DNA of 64,000 bases from assembly GCA_963762865.1 (NCBI GenBank), contig CAVXNC010000001.1:47787-111786 (forward strand), written 5' to 3'. This document shows, piece after piece, positions 27,248 to 39,298 of this stretch (the first letter of the stretch is position 1; each line of letters starts with the position of its first letter). The position numbers and the translations under genes were made by a program. The notes under the pieces were generated by a model that ran no database searches, was not told where the DNA came from, and was given only the letters and a program-made list of their open reading frames with translations. The DNA comes from an uncultured Actinomycetota bacterium (GTDB lineage: Bacteria; Actinomycetota; Actinomycetes; JACCUZ01).

Positions 27248-28589
27248 TCAGGTGCCGAGCAGCAGGTCGCGGGTCCGCGGCAGGCCGCTCGCCCCGCCGG
27301 GACCCGGCCGCACCGCCAGGACCTGGTTGACCCCGATCCGGTTGGCCTCGAAGGAGAGCGCCGAGCCGGCCATGTAGAGCTGCCACACCCGCGCACGACC
27401 CTCGGACGTCAGCGCGACCGCCTGGTCCCACGACGACTGCAGGTTGGTGACCCAGCTCCGCAGGGTCAGGGCGTAGTGCTCCCGCAGCGCCTCGACGTCG
27501 CGGACCTCGAACCCCACGTCCTCGAGCACGCCCACCGTCGTCGCCAGGGGCAGCAGCTCGCCGTCGGGGAACACGTAGGCCTCGATGAAGGAGGTGCCGG
27601 CCCGCGAGGGTCCTGGCCGTCGGGAGATCTGGTGGTTGAGCAGCCGGCCACCGGGTGCAAGGAGCCCGTGCAGCCGCCGGGCGTACTCCGCGTAGCCGGC
27701 CTCGCCGACGTGCTCCGCCATCCCGATGCTGGAGATGACGTCGTAGGGGCCGTCGTCGACGTCCCGGTAGTCCTGGACGCGGATCTCGACCCGGTCCGCG
27801 ACCCCGGCACCGGCCAGCCGCTCCCGGGCCAGCGCGGCCTGCGGCTCGGACAGCGTGATGCCGACGCCGCGGATGCCGTAGGTGGTCGCGGCGTGCAGCA
27901 GCATCGAGCCCCACCCGCAGCCGACGTCGAGCATCCGCTTGGAGCTCGCCGTCGACCTTCAGCCCGAGCTTGCGGCAGACCAGGTCGAGCTTGTCGCGCT
28001 GCGCCCCCTCGAGCCCGTCGCCGGGTCCGGACGCGCCTTCCTCGCGCCAGTAGGCGCAGGAGTAGACCATCGACTCCCCGAGCACGAGCCGGTAGAAGTC
28101 GTTGCCGACGTCGTAGTGGTGCGTGACCGACGAGCGGTCGCGGTCCCGGCTGTGGCGTCGCCCGGCGACGACTGCCTCTTCCGGCGGTGGTGCAGGTGCG
28201 CGGCCGATGCCGCCGAGGCGGGCCACGAGTGTGGTCAGCTCGGCCCGCTGCTTGACGGTCAGCGAGCGCGCGTGCGGACGGTCGCCGTCGTCGAGCGGCA
28301 GCGCGCGCAGGATGTCGTAGACGTCGCCCGCGAAGTGCAGGTCGCCACTGATGTACGCCCGGGCCAGGCCCAGCTCGTTGGGCTCGTGCGCCAGTCGCCG
28401 GACCGCGTCCGGCGACTCGACCTCGAGGAGCGGGAAGCTCTCATCACCAGCGGTCGAGCCGTCCCACGCCCGCAGGCGTAGCTGCGGCTGGGTGCCGAGC
28501 ACGAGGGTCAGGATGCGAAGCAGGCTCGCCGCGACCGACGTGCTCTCGCCGGCCCGGCGCTGCCGACCGAGCCCGGTCTGTGTTCTCAC
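27248..28589 (-). pseudogene. cfa: cyclopropane-fatty-acyl-phospholipid synthase (SAM-dependent methyltransferase) with an apparent frameshift near 27935-27950
   Basis: The N-terminal ~215 aa (...HYDVGNDFYRLVLGESMVYSCAYW...KLDLVCRKLGLK) are in ORF 27138..28589. The SAM motif LDVGCGWGS and the rest are in ORF 27248..27934. Length is 1342 nt, which is 1 mod 3. Confidence 0.7.
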
Positions 28590-28607
28590 CCTGCCGTCAC
28601 CTCACCT

Positions 28608-29939
28608 TCACCTGGACGCCTCGCTGAACTCTTCACGTGGCCGTTGCAGTGATCCCAGCGACACGACGTCCCGGCGGAAGAACAATGCCAGGGTCCAGTC
28701 GAGGACGACGCGGATCTTGCGGTTCAGGGTCGGCAGCCGGCTCACGTGGTAGGTCCGGTGCATGAACCATGCGGGCCAGCCGCGCAGCTTGACGCCGTAG
28801 ACCTGGGCCACGCCCTTGTACATCCCGAGGGACGCCACGGAACCGACGTGCTTGTGCGCGTAGGAGTCCGGGGTCCGGCCGCGCAGCACGAGGGCGATGT
28901 TGTCGCCGAGCCTCTTCGCCTGGCGCACCGCGTGCTGGGCACTCGGGCTGCAGATCGCACCCGGCGGACCGGTCAGGTCCGGGACGGCCGCGCCGTCGCC
29001 GGCCGACCAGGCGTCGGCGACGTTCTCGACGCGCAGGTCCGCGTGGCACCTGAGGCGCCCCTTGTCGTCGACGGGCAACCCGGTCGCAGCCAGCATCGGG
29101 TTCGCCTTGACACCTGCCGTCCAGACGACCGTCTCCGCGTCGAACTCCTCGCCGTCGGAGAGAACGATGTGACCACCGACGCAGGACTCCAGCCGCGTCT
29201 CCAGCCGGACGTCGATCTTGCGCTGCCGCAGCTGCTCGACCGTGTACCGACCGAGGTCCTCACCGACCTCGGGCAGGATCCGGTTCGACGCCTCGACGAG
29301 CACGAACCGGATGTCGCCCTTGGACAGGTCGGGGTAGTAGCGGGTCGCGTAGGTCGTCATGTCCTCGAGCTCGCCGAGAGCCTCGATACCGGCGTAGCCG
29401 CCCCCGACGAAGACGAAGGTCAGCAACGCACGGCGCGCGGCGTGGTCGGTCACCGAGGTGGCGATGTCGAGCTTCTCGAGCATCGTGTTGCGCAGCGCGA
29501 TCGCTTCCTCGACCTGCTTGAAGCCGATGCCCAGCTCGGCGAGGCCGGGGATCGGCAGCGTCCGCGCGATGGAGCCGGGTGCCAGCACGACGACCTCGTA
29601 GGACAGGTCGTAGGCCTCGCCGCGGACCGGGTGGATCCGAGCCACCTTGCGGCCGTGGTCGACCGAGTCGACCCGGCCGGTGAGCACCTCGCACTTGTCC
29701 AGGACGCGGCGCAGCGGGACCACCACGTGCCGCGGCTCGACGTTGCCGGCCGCGGCCTCCGGCAGGAAGGGCTGGTAGGTCATGTACGACCGCGGGTCGA
29801 CGACGATGACCTCGACCGTCTTCGCCTTCAGCTCCTTCTTCAACCGCTTCTGCAGACGCAAAGCGGTGTACATCCCGACGTATCCACCACCCACGACCAG
29901 GATCCGGGTGCGCTCCGGAGAGGACGCGGTGTTGACCAT
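28608..29939 (-). CDS. ndh: type II NADH dehydrogenase (NADH:quinone oxidoreductase)
   Basis: 443 aa from MVNTASSPERTRILVVGGGYVGMY. It has two dinucleotide-binding GxGxxG folds, VVGGGYVG and FVGGGYAG. Confidence 0.9.
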   Translation of the reverse strand: MVNTASSPERTRILVVGGGYVGMYTALRLQKRLKKELKAKTVEVIVVDPRSYMTYQPFLPEAAAGNVEPRHVVVPLRRVLDKCEVLTGRVDSVDHGRKVARIHPVRGEAYDLSYEVVVLAPGSIARTLPIPGLAELGIGFKQVEEAIALRNTMLEKLDIATSVTDHAARRALLTFVFVGGGYAGIEALGELEDMTTYATRYYPDLSKGDIRFVLVEASNRILPEVGEDLGRYTVEQLRQRKIDVRLETRLESCVGGHIVLSDGEEFDAETVVWTAGVKANPMLAATGLPVDDKGRLRCHADLRVENVADAWSAGDGAAVPDLTGPPGAICSPSAQHAVRQAKRLGDNIALVLRGRTPDSYAHKHVGSVASLGMYKGVAQVYGVKLRGWPAWFMHRTYHVSRLPTLNRKIRVVLDWTLALFFRRDVVSLGSLQRPREEFSEASR

Positions 29940-29941
29940 GG

Positions 29942-30703
29942 TCAGAGCGTAGAACCGCTCCCGCCTCGATGCTTCGCCAGATCCGCCGAGCGGCCCAGCA
30001 CCTGGTCGAGCATCGGTGCCGTCAGTCGCCCGGTGAAGGTGTTCTGCTGGCTCGGATGGAAGGACCCGAGGACCACCAGGGGGCCGATGCGCACCTCTGC
30101 GCCGTGACCGAACCTGGGCCGCGGCCGGGGCACCGGGAGGCCGAGCTGCTGCAGCGTCGACAGCAGCGACTGCCAGGCGAAGGCGCCGAGCGCGACGGCC
30201 ACCCGGAGACCCGGCAGCACCAGCTCGACCTCCCGGACCATCCACGGCGCGCAGGTGTCGCGCTCGGCCGGCGTCGGCTTGTTGTCCGGCGGCGCGCACC
30301 GGACAGCGGCCAGCATCCGGGTGCCGATCAGGGCCTGGCCGTCACCGACGTGGGTGCTGGTCTCCTGCACCGCGAGGCCGACGCGGTGCAGCGAGGCGAA
30401 GAGCCAGTCGCCGCTGCGGTCGCCGGTGAAGATGCGGCCGGTCCGGTTGCCGCCGTGCGCGGCAGGAGCCAGCCCGACGATGAGAACCGCCGGTTGCTCG
30501 GCACCCCAGCCAGGGATCGGCCGGCCCCAGTAGGTCTCGTCCGCGAAGGCCTTGCGCTTCTCGCTGGCCACCCGCTCGCGCCACTCGACCAGCCGCGGGC
30601 AGGCCCGGCACGCGGACACGGCGTCCTCGAGGTCACCCAGCCGACCGGCTGTGGCGGCGTACGACCGGACCTCGTCAGGACCGGACGCGACGGGCACGCC
30701 CAC
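29942..30703 (-). CDS. uracil-DNA glycosylase, family 4 (Fe-S type)
   Basis: It has the CRACPRL cysteine motif, GLAPAAHGGNRTGR (the GxxPG and GNRTG active-site region), and HPS near the C-terminus. Confidence 0.8.
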   Translation of the reverse strand: MGVPVASGPDEVRSYAATAGRLGDLEDAVSACRACPRLVEWRERVASEKRKAFADETYWGRPIPGWGAEQPAVLIVGLAPAAHGGNRTGRIFTGDRSGDWLFASLHRVGLAVQETSTHVGDGQALIGTRMLAAVRCAPPDNKPTPAERDTCAPWMVREVELVLPGLRVAVALGAFAWQSLLSTLQQLGLPVPRPRPRFGHGAEVRIGPLVVLGSFHPSQQNTFTGRLTAPMLDQVLGRSADLAKHRGGSGSTL

Positions 30704-30719
30704 ACGCGACCCCGGCCGG

Positions 30720-31403
30720 CTAGAGCCGGGACTTGAGCAGGTCGATCGTGCGCCGCCAGGCCTGCTGGCTGTGGTCGGCGTCGTGCACCTCGGGCCGCTG
30801 GTCGTTGAAGAACGCGTGGTGCGAGCCGGGGTAGTCGTAGACCTCGACGTCGCCGCCGGCCTCCTGGATGCCCTTGACGGCGGCCTGTACGCCGTCGGCG
30901 CGGGACGTCCCGTCCTCCTCCGACGCGTGGATCATCGCGGACTTGTTGGCGTAGCTGCCCCACGTCGGCGACATCTTCTCCCAGGGCACCGCCGGGTAGA
31001 AGCCGACGGCGACCTTGACCTCGTCGGCGAGCGCACCGCTCCACAGGGCCAGCGAGCCACCCATGCAGAACCCGACCGTTCCGACGCCGTTGCCGGTGGT
31101 CTCGCCGCGGCTGTCGAGGTACTGGGCGGCACCTTGGATGTCCTTGGCGGCGCGGTCCATCGCCAGGCCCATCAGCAGGCGCTGCGCCTCGTCGGGCTCG
31201 TCGGTCTTGGCGCCGTGGAAGAAGTCCGGCGCGAGGGCGACGAAGCCCTCGGCGGCGAAGCGGTCGGCCACGTCCTTGACGTGGTCGACGAGGCCCCACC
31301 ACTCCTGGACCACGATGACGCCCGGGCCGCTCCCGGAGTCCGGCACGGCCAGGTAGCCGTCGCAGCTGTCACCGTTGCTCGGAAAGGTCACCATCTCGCC
31401 CAC
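30720..31403 (-). CDS. dienelactone hydrolase family protein
   Basis: 227 aa. It has GYLAVP...GPGVIVVQEWWGL, the nucleophile motif GFCMGG, and a C-terminal His. Confidence 0.8.
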   Translation of the reverse strand: MGEMVTFPSNGDSCDGYLAVPDSGSGPGVIVVQEWWGLVDHVKDVADRFAAEGFVALAPDFFHGAKTDEPDEAQRLLMGLAMDRAAKDIQGAAQYLDSRGETTGNGVGTVGFCMGGSLALWSGALADEVKVAVGFYPAVPWEKMSPTWGSYANKSAMIHASEEDGTSRADGVQAAVKGIQEAGGDVEVYDYPGSHHAFFNDQRPEVHDADHSQQAWRRTIDLLKSRL

Positions 31404-31629
31404 GGGCGGGCCTCCTCGTCGTCGCGCGGCCCGTCGACGCGGCGGGCACTGTCCGACCCTTCCACGCGGTGGCCCGGGCTACACCACGGGGTCAGCGCTT
31501 CCTGGTGCCTGAGGTCGTGGGCGACGGCGTGGGTGACTCGACGCGCGACGGCGGCTGGGGCCTCGACACCGACCAGCGGCGGCGCGTCCCCTGGCGCGGT
31601 CGAGCCGGCGCGTCCTACGGTGCTCGGCC

Positions 31630-32607
31630 GTGAGCCGAGTGCAGACGAGGGCCTTCGAGGCGGGCGACTCCGAGGCCGCGGGGGTGCTGCTCGGGGAGCG
31701 GCACGCTGCGCTGCGTCGGGCCGAGCCGCTCTTCGACCCGAAGTTCGAGGAGCCAGCCGTCGCGCGCGCCGAGGTCGAGGCGCTGCTTGCGGACGGGGCC
31801 ACCGGGGCCGTCGCCCTCGAGGGCGGCGAGGTGACCGGCTACCTGCTCGGCCGGCACCGGGAGAACCAGCCCGGCTGGGGCGCCAACCTGTGGGTCGAGG
31901 CCGCCGGGCACGCGGTTCGCGACGCCGAGACGATCCGCGACCTCTTTGCCGAGGCCGCACCGTCCTGGGTGGAGCGCGGCTGGGACGCCCACTACGCGCT
32001 GGTGCCGGCGCACGACTCGGCTCTCGTGGACTCGTGGTTCCGGCTGGGCTTCGGCCAGTCGCACGTCCACGGCATCCGCGAGGTGCCGGCCGAGCCGTGG
32101 CAGCCCCCGGCGCACCTCGTGGTGCGGGGGCCGCGCCGCGAGGACGTCCGGGCCCTCGCCGAGCTGGACGTCGCGCTGCCTGACCACCAGCTGCTGGCCC
32201 CCACCTTCGCGGCGGGCGAGGCCTTCACGGTGGAGGAGGCCATGGCCGAGTGGGAGGAGTCCTTCGACTCCGGCGAGGACGACGGCTACCACCACGTCGT
32301 CGTCGAGCACGAGGGCCGGGTCGTCGGCGCCGCGACCGCGTGCGCCCTCGTGAAGTCGCCCGGGCACCAGGGCCTGACCCGGCCGCCGCATGCCGGTTTC
32401 CTCGGCTACGCCTCGGTCTTCCCGGACGCCCGCGGGCTCGGTGCCGGTCGCGCTCTCGGCGAGGCGACCCTGGACTGGATGCGGGAGGCCGGCTTCACCA
32501 GCGCAGTCAGCGACTGGCGGGCGACGAACCTGCTGTCGTCGCGGGCCTGGACCGCGCTCGGCTACCGGCCGTCCTTCTACCGGCTGCACCGCCGCATCGG
32601 CCACTGA
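31630..32607 (+). CDS. GNAT-family N-acetyltransferase (two-domain)
   Basis: 325 aa. It has two acetyltransferase-like halves, with RGLGAGRAL in the second, CoA-binding, half. Confidence 0.65.
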   Translation: MSRVQTRAFEAGDSEAAGVLLGERHAALRRAEPLFDPKFEEPAVARAEVEALLADGATGAVALEGGEVTGYLLGRHRENQPGWGANLWVEAAGHAVRDAETIRDLFAEAAPSWVERGWDAHYALVPAHDSALVDSWFRLGFGQSHVHGIREVPAEPWQPPAHLVVRGPRREDVRALAELDVALPDHQLLAPTFAAGEAFTVEEAMAEWEESFDSGEDDGYHHVVVEHEGRVVGAATACALVKSPGHQGLTRPPHAGFLGYASVFPDARGLGAGRALGEATLDWMREAGFTSAVSDWRATNLLSSRAWTALGYRPSFYRLHRRIGH

Positions 32608-32611
32608 CCGC

Positions 32612-33247
32612 TCAGATGCCGAACCACGGACGGCAGGCGTCAACACCCTCGACCGAGATGCCGGCGCCCCCGCCGCTGGCAGCCCAGTCGTCCGCCGTCA
32701 TGCGCAGGTGGACCAGCGTGTCGACACCGTCACCGCGCGCCAGGAAGGACTCACCGTTCGGCCGGTAGCCGAGCGACCGCGAGACGCCGAGCGACGCGTA
32801 GTTGTCGTGCCACGCCGAGGTGATCGCGGCCCGGGCACCGAGATGGTCGAACGCGAGGCTCAGCACCGCGCGGCGCATGGCCTTGCCGATGCCAGTGCCG
32901 CGTACCTCGGGTACCAGCCAGGACGACGTGTCGACGGTGCGCAGCGTCGGGAAGTCGTTGCCCTCGAGCTCCTGCAGCCCGATCAGGTCTCCGTCGCGAC
33001 GCGCCGCCAGGTGGAACCGCCACGCGTGCGGGCTCCACGTGCCGTACGACCGCCAGTACTCCATGTGCACCACGACGGCCCGGTGCACGCCCTCCGGGAT
33101 GTCGAACCTTGTCGCGTGCGGGTTGAGCTCCACATCGGCCGGCATCACCCGAACCACCTCGGCGAGGTCGGCCTCGACCAGCGGCCGGAGCTCGAGGTCG
33201 CCGGTCGTGATCTGCAGGTCCAGCAGCGGCCAGTGCGAGTTCGGCAC
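32612..33247 (-). CDS. GNAT-family N-acetyltransferase (RimJ/RimL-like)
   Basis: 211 aa, with the CoA-binding loop VRGTGIGKAM. Confidence 0.75.
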   Translation of the reverse strand: MPNSHWPLLDLQITTGDLELRPLVEADLAEVVRVMPADVELNPHATRFDIPEGVHRAVVVHMEYWRSYGTWSPHAWRFHLAARRDGDLIGLQELEGNDFPTLRTVDTSSWLVPEVRGTGIGKAMRRAVLSLAFDHLGARAAITSAWHDNYASLGVSRSLGYRPNGESFLARGDGVDTLVHLRMTADDWAASGGGAGISVEGVDACRPWFGI

Positions 33248-33251
33248 CTAC

Positions 33252-34187
33252 CTACCGTCCCACGGCCAGGCTGAAGGCGATGCCGTCGAGGATGTCGTGC
33301 TCGGAGACCAGGACCTCGTCGACCGGCACGTTCTCGAGGACGACGGCGAGCACCAGGGCGCCGGCGCCGATCACGTCCACCCGTCCCGGGTGCATGAACG
33401 GCAGCGCCGCCCGCTGGTCATGGGTCATCGCGAGCAGCGTGCGCGCCACGTCGTGCACGTCGGCGGCGGAGATGCGGGAGTGGTGGATCCGCTCCGGGTC
33501 GTACGCCGCCAGGCCGAGCGCCATGGCCGCCACCGTGGTGACCGAGCCGGCCAGGCCGACGAGGGTGCGCGCCTCGGCCAGCGGGACGGTCCGGGCGGCA
33601 TCCCGCACGGCCTCCTCCACGTCGGCGCGCGCAGCGGCCACCTGCCCGGCGGTCGGCGGGTCGTCGTGCAGGTGCCGCTCGGTCATCCGCACGCAGCCGA
33701 CGTCGACCGAGCGCGCTGCCGTCACGTCGCGATCGCCGAGCACCAGCTCGGTCGACCCGCCGCCGATGTCGACGACCAGGAAGGGCGTCGCGGCGTCGCC
33801 GCCGAGCAGCTCGCGGGTCGCGCCGGCGAACGACAGCCATGCCTCCTCGTCACCGGTGACGACCTCCGGCTCGACACCGAGCCGCTCCCGCACGCCGGCG
33901 ACGAAGTCGTCGCGGTTCTCGACGTCGCGCGACGCGGACGTGGCCACGAAGCGCACCCGCTCGGCACCGGCCGCTCGGATCACCTCGGCGTAGGCGTCGC
34001 AGGCCGTGAAGGTCCGCTCCAGGGCGGCGGGCGACAGCCGCCCGGTGCGGTCCACGCCTTCACCCAGCCGGACGATCTCCATCCGCCGGTCGACCTCGCG
34101 CAACGGAGCTCCCTCGGCCTCGTCCACGTCGGCGACAAGCAGCCGGATCGAGTTGGTGCCGCAGTCGACCGCCGCGACCCGCGTCAC
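33252..34187 (-). CDS. ppx: Ppx/GppA-family exopolyphosphatase
   Basis: 311 aa from a GTG start. It has AAVDCGTNSIRLLVA and VVDIGGGSTE (the ASKHA phosphate-binding loops). Its gene-order position matches mycobacterial Rv1026. Confidence 0.85.
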   Translation of the reverse strand: MTRVAAVDCGTNSIRLLVADVDEAEGAPLREVDRRMEIVRLGEGVDRTGRLSPAALERTFTACDAYAEVIRAAGAERVRFVATSASRDVENRDDFVAGVRERLGVEPEVVTGDEEAWLSFAGATRELLGGDAATPFLVVDIGGGSTELVLGDRDVTAARSVDVGCVRMTERHLHDDPPTAGQVAAARADVEEAVRDAARTVPLAEARTLVGLAGSVTTVAAMALGLAAYDPERIHHSRISAADVHDVARTLLAMTHDQRAALPFMHPGRVDVIGAGALVLAVVLENVPVDEVLVSEHDILDGIAFSLAVGR

Positions 34188-34717
34188 ACCTCGCCCCCGG
34201 CGGCTGCTCGGACACAGGATCCCGACCGCCACCACTCGGGCAAGGCAGCCAGTGCCTCGTCACCGAGCGGGTTCGCGCCCGGACCTTCGGCGAGCGAGTG
34301 CGCGACGAGCACGTGCAGGCACTTGACCCGGTCGGGCATCCCGCCCGCGGTCACGCCGGCGATCTCGGGCACCACCTCGACCGACTCCCGCGCGGCGAGA
34401 TAGCCCTCGTGTGCCGAGCGGTACGCAGCCGCCAGGTCGGCGTCGGTCGCGAGCCGCTCGGTCATCTCGCGCATCATCCCGCCGGCCTCGAGGGTCCCGA
34501 TCGCGCCGGCCGCCTTGGGACAGGTCAGGTAGTAGAGGGTCGGGAAGGGCGTGCCGTCGGGCAGCCGCGGGTCGGTCTCGACCACGTCCGGCGCGCCGCA
34601 TGGGCAGCGATGGGCTACCCGTCGCACACCACGCGGATCACGGCCGAGCTGCTCGCCGACAGCAGCGAGGTCGGCGACTGTGGGGCTCGACCGGTCCGCA
34701 CCCGCGGGGTCGGTCAC
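34184..34717 (-). CDS. DUF501 domain protein
   Basis: 177 aa. It has LYYLTCPKAAGAIGTLEAGG...VKCLHVLVAHSLA. Its gene-order position matches Rv1025. Confidence 0.7.
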   Translation of the reverse strand: MTDPAGADRSSPTVADLAAVGEQLGRDPRGVRRVAHRCPCGAPDVVETDPRLPDGTPFPTLYYLTCPKAAGAIGTLEAGGMMREMTERLATDADLAAAYRSAHEGYLAARESVEVVPEIAGVTAGGMPDRVKCLHVLVAHSLAEGPGANPLGDEALAALPEWWRSGSCVRAAAGGEV

Positions 34718-34718
34718 G

Positions 34719-35174
34719 TCACTCCTTGCCGGCTGCCTCGACGCTGTGCCAGAGGTCGGTGAACCACGGCTTGCGGTCGACCTCCGCGGGCAGCTCGCGC
34801 ACGACGCCGTCGGGGGGCGGCGCCTCGTCGGCACCGAGGACGACGTACGACGTCTCCCCCGGCATCACGTAGTGCAGCCGCTCCCGCGCCTGGGCCTCGA
34901 CGTAGGCCGGGTCGTTCCACCGGGCCCGCGACTTCTCCAGGGCCGCGACCCGCTTCTCCTGCTGGCTGACCTCGGCGCGCAGGTGCCCGATGTCGCTGCG
35001 CTGCGACAGGTACTCACGCAGCGGGTAGGCCAGCGAGATCGCCAGCAGGCACACGACCAGCGCGAGCATCGCCGCCCGGCCCGTGAGGTTGGGCCGGTCG
35101 CGCGGCGCCTCGCCCTCCTCGGACGGGGGCCCGGCGTGAGCGCCCCGAAGGGTCGGGGGTCGGCGGGACGGCAC
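34719..35174 (-). CDS. septum-formation initiator (FtsB/DivIC-like) membrane protein
   Basis: About 151 aa. It has a single transmembrane helix AAMLALVVCLLAISLAY, then a coiled-coil RAEVSQQEKRVAALEK. Its position matches Rv1024, just downstream of eno. Confidence 0.6.
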   Translation of the reverse strand: MPSRRPPTLRGAHAGPPSEEGEAPRDRPNLTGRAAMLALVVCLLAISLAYPLREYLSQRSDIGHLRAEVSQQEKRVAALEKSRARWNDPAYVEAQARERLHYVMPGETSYVVLGADEAPPPDGVVRELPAEVDRKPWFTDLWHSVEAAGKE

Positions 35175-35188
35175 CGGTCGGCGCGCCC

Positions 35189-36529
<1,341 letters not shown>

Positions 36530-36610
36530 CTACCGGCGCGGCCGCGTGACCAGCCGCAACGCCCACCAGGCGGGAGAGTCCCACCGGCAACCTGCGGGGT
36601 GTCGCCGGCG

Positions 36611-38275
36611 TCAGACCCCCAGCAGGGTGCGCAGGTGCCGCGGCGCCGGCGAGCCGTGGGCCAGCATCTCGTCGTGGCGCTCGCGCATCGACGACCCCGG
36701 ACGGGCGGTCGCCAGGTCGCGGGCCAGGTCCCGCACCTCGACGTAGCCGACGAAGTAGGTCGAGAGCTGAGCGCTGGTCAGCTGCGCCCTGCGCCACTTC
36801 CCGGCCGCCTCGCCGTCCTCCTGGTGCCCGCGCTCCATCATCAGCCGCATCGCCTCGTCCTCGGTCATGCCGTGGGCGTGGACGCGGGCGTCGAGGATGG
36901 CGTTGATGGTCATCCGCAGCTGCATCTTGAGCTGCTGCATCCGCAGCGCGTCCGAGAGCCCCTCGGCGGCCCGGTAGCCCGAGTCGACCATCACCTCCTC
37001 GGCGTAGACTGCCCAGCCCTCGACGAACGAGCCGCTCCACAGTGCCTTGCGCACCTGCACCGGCGCCGAGTAGCGCGCATTGTGCGCGAGCTGCTGCACG
37101 TGGCCGGGCATCGCCTCGTGCACCGTCAGGTTCTGCAGCATGTGCGCGTTGTACTCGCGGAAGAACGACGCGACCCGGTCGGGCGACCAGTCGGACGGTG
37201 TCGGTGACACCGCGAAGTAGGTCGGGAGCTGGGTGCTCTCGAGCGGCCCCGGCGGGTTGCAGTAGGCGACTGCCACGCCGCGGTGGATCTCGGGCATCAC
37301 GATGATCTCGACCGGGTCGTCGTGCACGGTCACCAGATCGTTGGCCCGGACGAACTCCGTCGTCTGCGCGAGCGCGCCCTCGCAGAGCCCGACGATCGTG
37401 TCGTCGTCGACCGACCCGTCGCGGGCCAGCGCATCCAGGACGCGGCGGACCCGGCCCTCCACCTGGGGGTCGTCGTCCAGCCGCGCGGCGGTCTCGGCGA
37501 TCTGCTCCTCGATCGAGGCGAGCTCCGCCTCGGCGCGCGCCAGGACCGCGTCGGCGTCCGAGGCGGTGTCCAGGGTCAACGCCAGCTTGCGGGCGTAGGC
37601 AGCGGCCCCGAGACGCGGGTCGCGGTCTGCCGTGTCCAGCGCCGCCCGGAGCCAGTCGAGATGGCTGTCGATCGCGGCCAGTGCGCTCTCCCTGGCCGGC
37701 TCCACCTCGGCGCGGAGGCCGGGCTCCTCCCCCATGGCGCGCTCGAGCTCGGTCGCGAGCAGCGTGCGGGTGCCGGTGAACTGGCCGATCGCGGTCTCGA
37801 CGTGCACGCGCGGCATGCCGTCCAGGGACGCCCGCGCGGTCTCCAGGGCGCCGGGCACGGCTGCCAGCCGGCCGGCCACCGACCGCAGCCGGTCGCCGAG
37901 CGGCGCGAAGTCGCGCGCCAGCAGGGTGTAGACCGCGGTGCCCGGGTTGGCGCTCAGCGGGTCCCACTCGTGCTCGCGCAGCTCCTCGAGCTCGAAGCGG
38001 CGCAGCTCGAGGGCGTTGACCAGGATGGCTGCGTCGACCTGCTCGGCCGGGCTCAACGAGCCGCCGGCCACCCCGCGCAGGTCGGCCAGCCGACGGCCCA
38101 CCCACCGTGCCTCGTCATCGAGCGCGGACTCGCTTCGGTCGCCGAGCCGGTCGTCGTAGCGGTGGTCGCCGAGCACCGTGGCAGCCTCGGGGTGCCGTTC
38201 CAGCAGCTCGTCGAGCACCTGCCCGGCGAGGGCGGTGAACGTGTCGCTCGGTCCGGTGGGTGTCACGTCGCTCAC
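36611..38275 (-). CDS. DUF885-family protein (putative metallopeptidase-like)
   Basis: 554 aa. It has the HEAMPGHVQQ (HExxH-like) motif characteristic of DUF885. Confidence 0.7.
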   Translation of the reverse strand: MSDVTPTGPSDTFTALAGQVLDELLERHPEAATVLGDHRYDDRLGDRSESALDDEARWVGRRLADLRGVAGGSLSPAEQVDAAILVNALELRRFELEELREHEWDPLSANPGTAVYTLLARDFAPLGDRLRSVAGRLAAVPGALETARASLDGMPRVHVETAIGQFTGTRTLLATELERAMGEEPGLRAEVEPARESALAAIDSHLDWLRAALDTADRDPRLGAAAYARKLALTLDTASDADAVLARAEAELASIEEQIAETAARLDDDPQVEGRVRRVLDALARDGSVDDDTIVGLCEGALAQTTEFVRANDLVTVHDDPVEIIVMPEIHRGVAVAYCNPPGPLESTQLPTYFAVSPTPSDWSPDRVASFFREYNAHMLQNLTVHEAMPGHVQQLAHNARYSAPVQVRKALWSGSFVEGWAVYAEEVMVDSGYRAAEGLSDALRMQQLKMQLRMTINAILDARVHAHGMTEDEAMRLMMERGHQEDGEAAGKWRRAQLTSAQLSTYFVGYVEVRDLARDLATARPGSSMRERHDEMLAHGSPAPRHLRTLLGV

Positions 38276-38308
38276 CCCCGCGACCCTATGCCCGCGGCCC
38301 TGCCGGGA

Positions 38309-39298
38309 TCACGCCTCTGCTGCGCGCACCCGGTCGGCGTAGCGGCGGGCAGCCGCCCGCAGCTCGGCCTCGGCGTCCAGGCCGGCGACCTGCGCCTCGG
38401 CCACCGCGAGCATCAGCCGGGAGCCGAGCCCGTCGTCGTCCGCGGGGTCCACCTCGACGCCGTGCGAGGCGGCGCGGTGCATCAGCTTGGCCGCCAGCGC
38501 CAGCGCGGGGAGAGCAGGCGGCACGCCCTCGACCGCGGACCCGCGACCCTTCTCCGCGGCCTTGCGGGCGTGCCAGGTCGCCTCGACGTCCGCGGCCGTC
38601 TCGACCGCTCCGGCACCGTCGCCATCCCCGGTGACCGCGAAGACGTGCGGGTGGCGGCGCACCAGCTTGGCGACGATGTCGCCCGCCACGTCGTCGACCG
38701 ACCACGGGTCGGCCGGGTCCTCCTGGGCGATGCGTGAGTGGAAGACGACCTGCAGCAGCAGGTCGCCGAGCTCCTCGCGGAGGTGCTCGCGGTCTCCGGT
38801 CTCGATCGCCTCGAGGGTCTCGTAGGTCTCCTCGAGCAGGTACGTCGTCAGCGACTCGTGCGTCTGCTCCGCGTCCCACGGGCAACCGCCCGGCGACCGC
38901 AGCCGGTCCATGGTCGCGACCAGATCCAGCAGCGCGGCGCCGGGCAGGTCGTAAGACCCGGGCAGCATCTCGAGCGCGACGGGCACCCCGCTCTCGGCGA
39001 GCTCACCGAGCGCCCGTCCCAGGTCCGGGTCCCCGTGGTGACCGACGAGCCACACGGCTGTGCCGTCGGCCGCTGCCGCTAGCAGCCGGCCGGCCAGGGC
39101 GCGTGCGTCGGCGGCGCTCTCCGGACGTACGGCCACGTCCTGCTCGGCGAGGTAGGGCACCAGCGGATGACCCGGGTCGGCGAGCACCTGGTCGGCGGCG
39201 AGCAGCTCACGCCACGCCTGGCCGGAGAGCAGCCCGGTGGCTACCCGAGGGGACGTCGAGAGCAGGACCAGCCGGCCCGTCACGGCCGGCCCGCTCAC
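38309..39298 (-). CDS. mazG: nucleoside triphosphate pyrophosphohydrolase MazG
   Basis: It has an N-terminal methylase-like region, then the MazG EExxE motifs LLEETYETLEAIE and LREELGDLLLQVVFH. Confidence 0.8.
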   Translation of the reverse strand: MSGPAVTGRLVLLSTSPRVATGLLSGQAWRELLAADQVLADPGHPLVPYLAEQDVAVRPESAADARALAGRLLAAAADGTAVWLVGHHGDPDLGRALGELAESGVPVALEMLPGSYDLPGAALLDLVATMDRLRSPGGCPWDAEQTHESLTTYLLEETYETLEAIETGDREHLREELGDLLLQVVFHSRIAQEDPADPWSVDDVAGDIVAKLVRRHPHVFAVTGDGDGAGAVETAADVEATWHARKAAEKGRGSAVEGVPPALPALALAAKLMHRAASHGVEVDPADDDGLGSRLMLAVAEAQVAGLDAEAELRAAARRYADRVRAAEA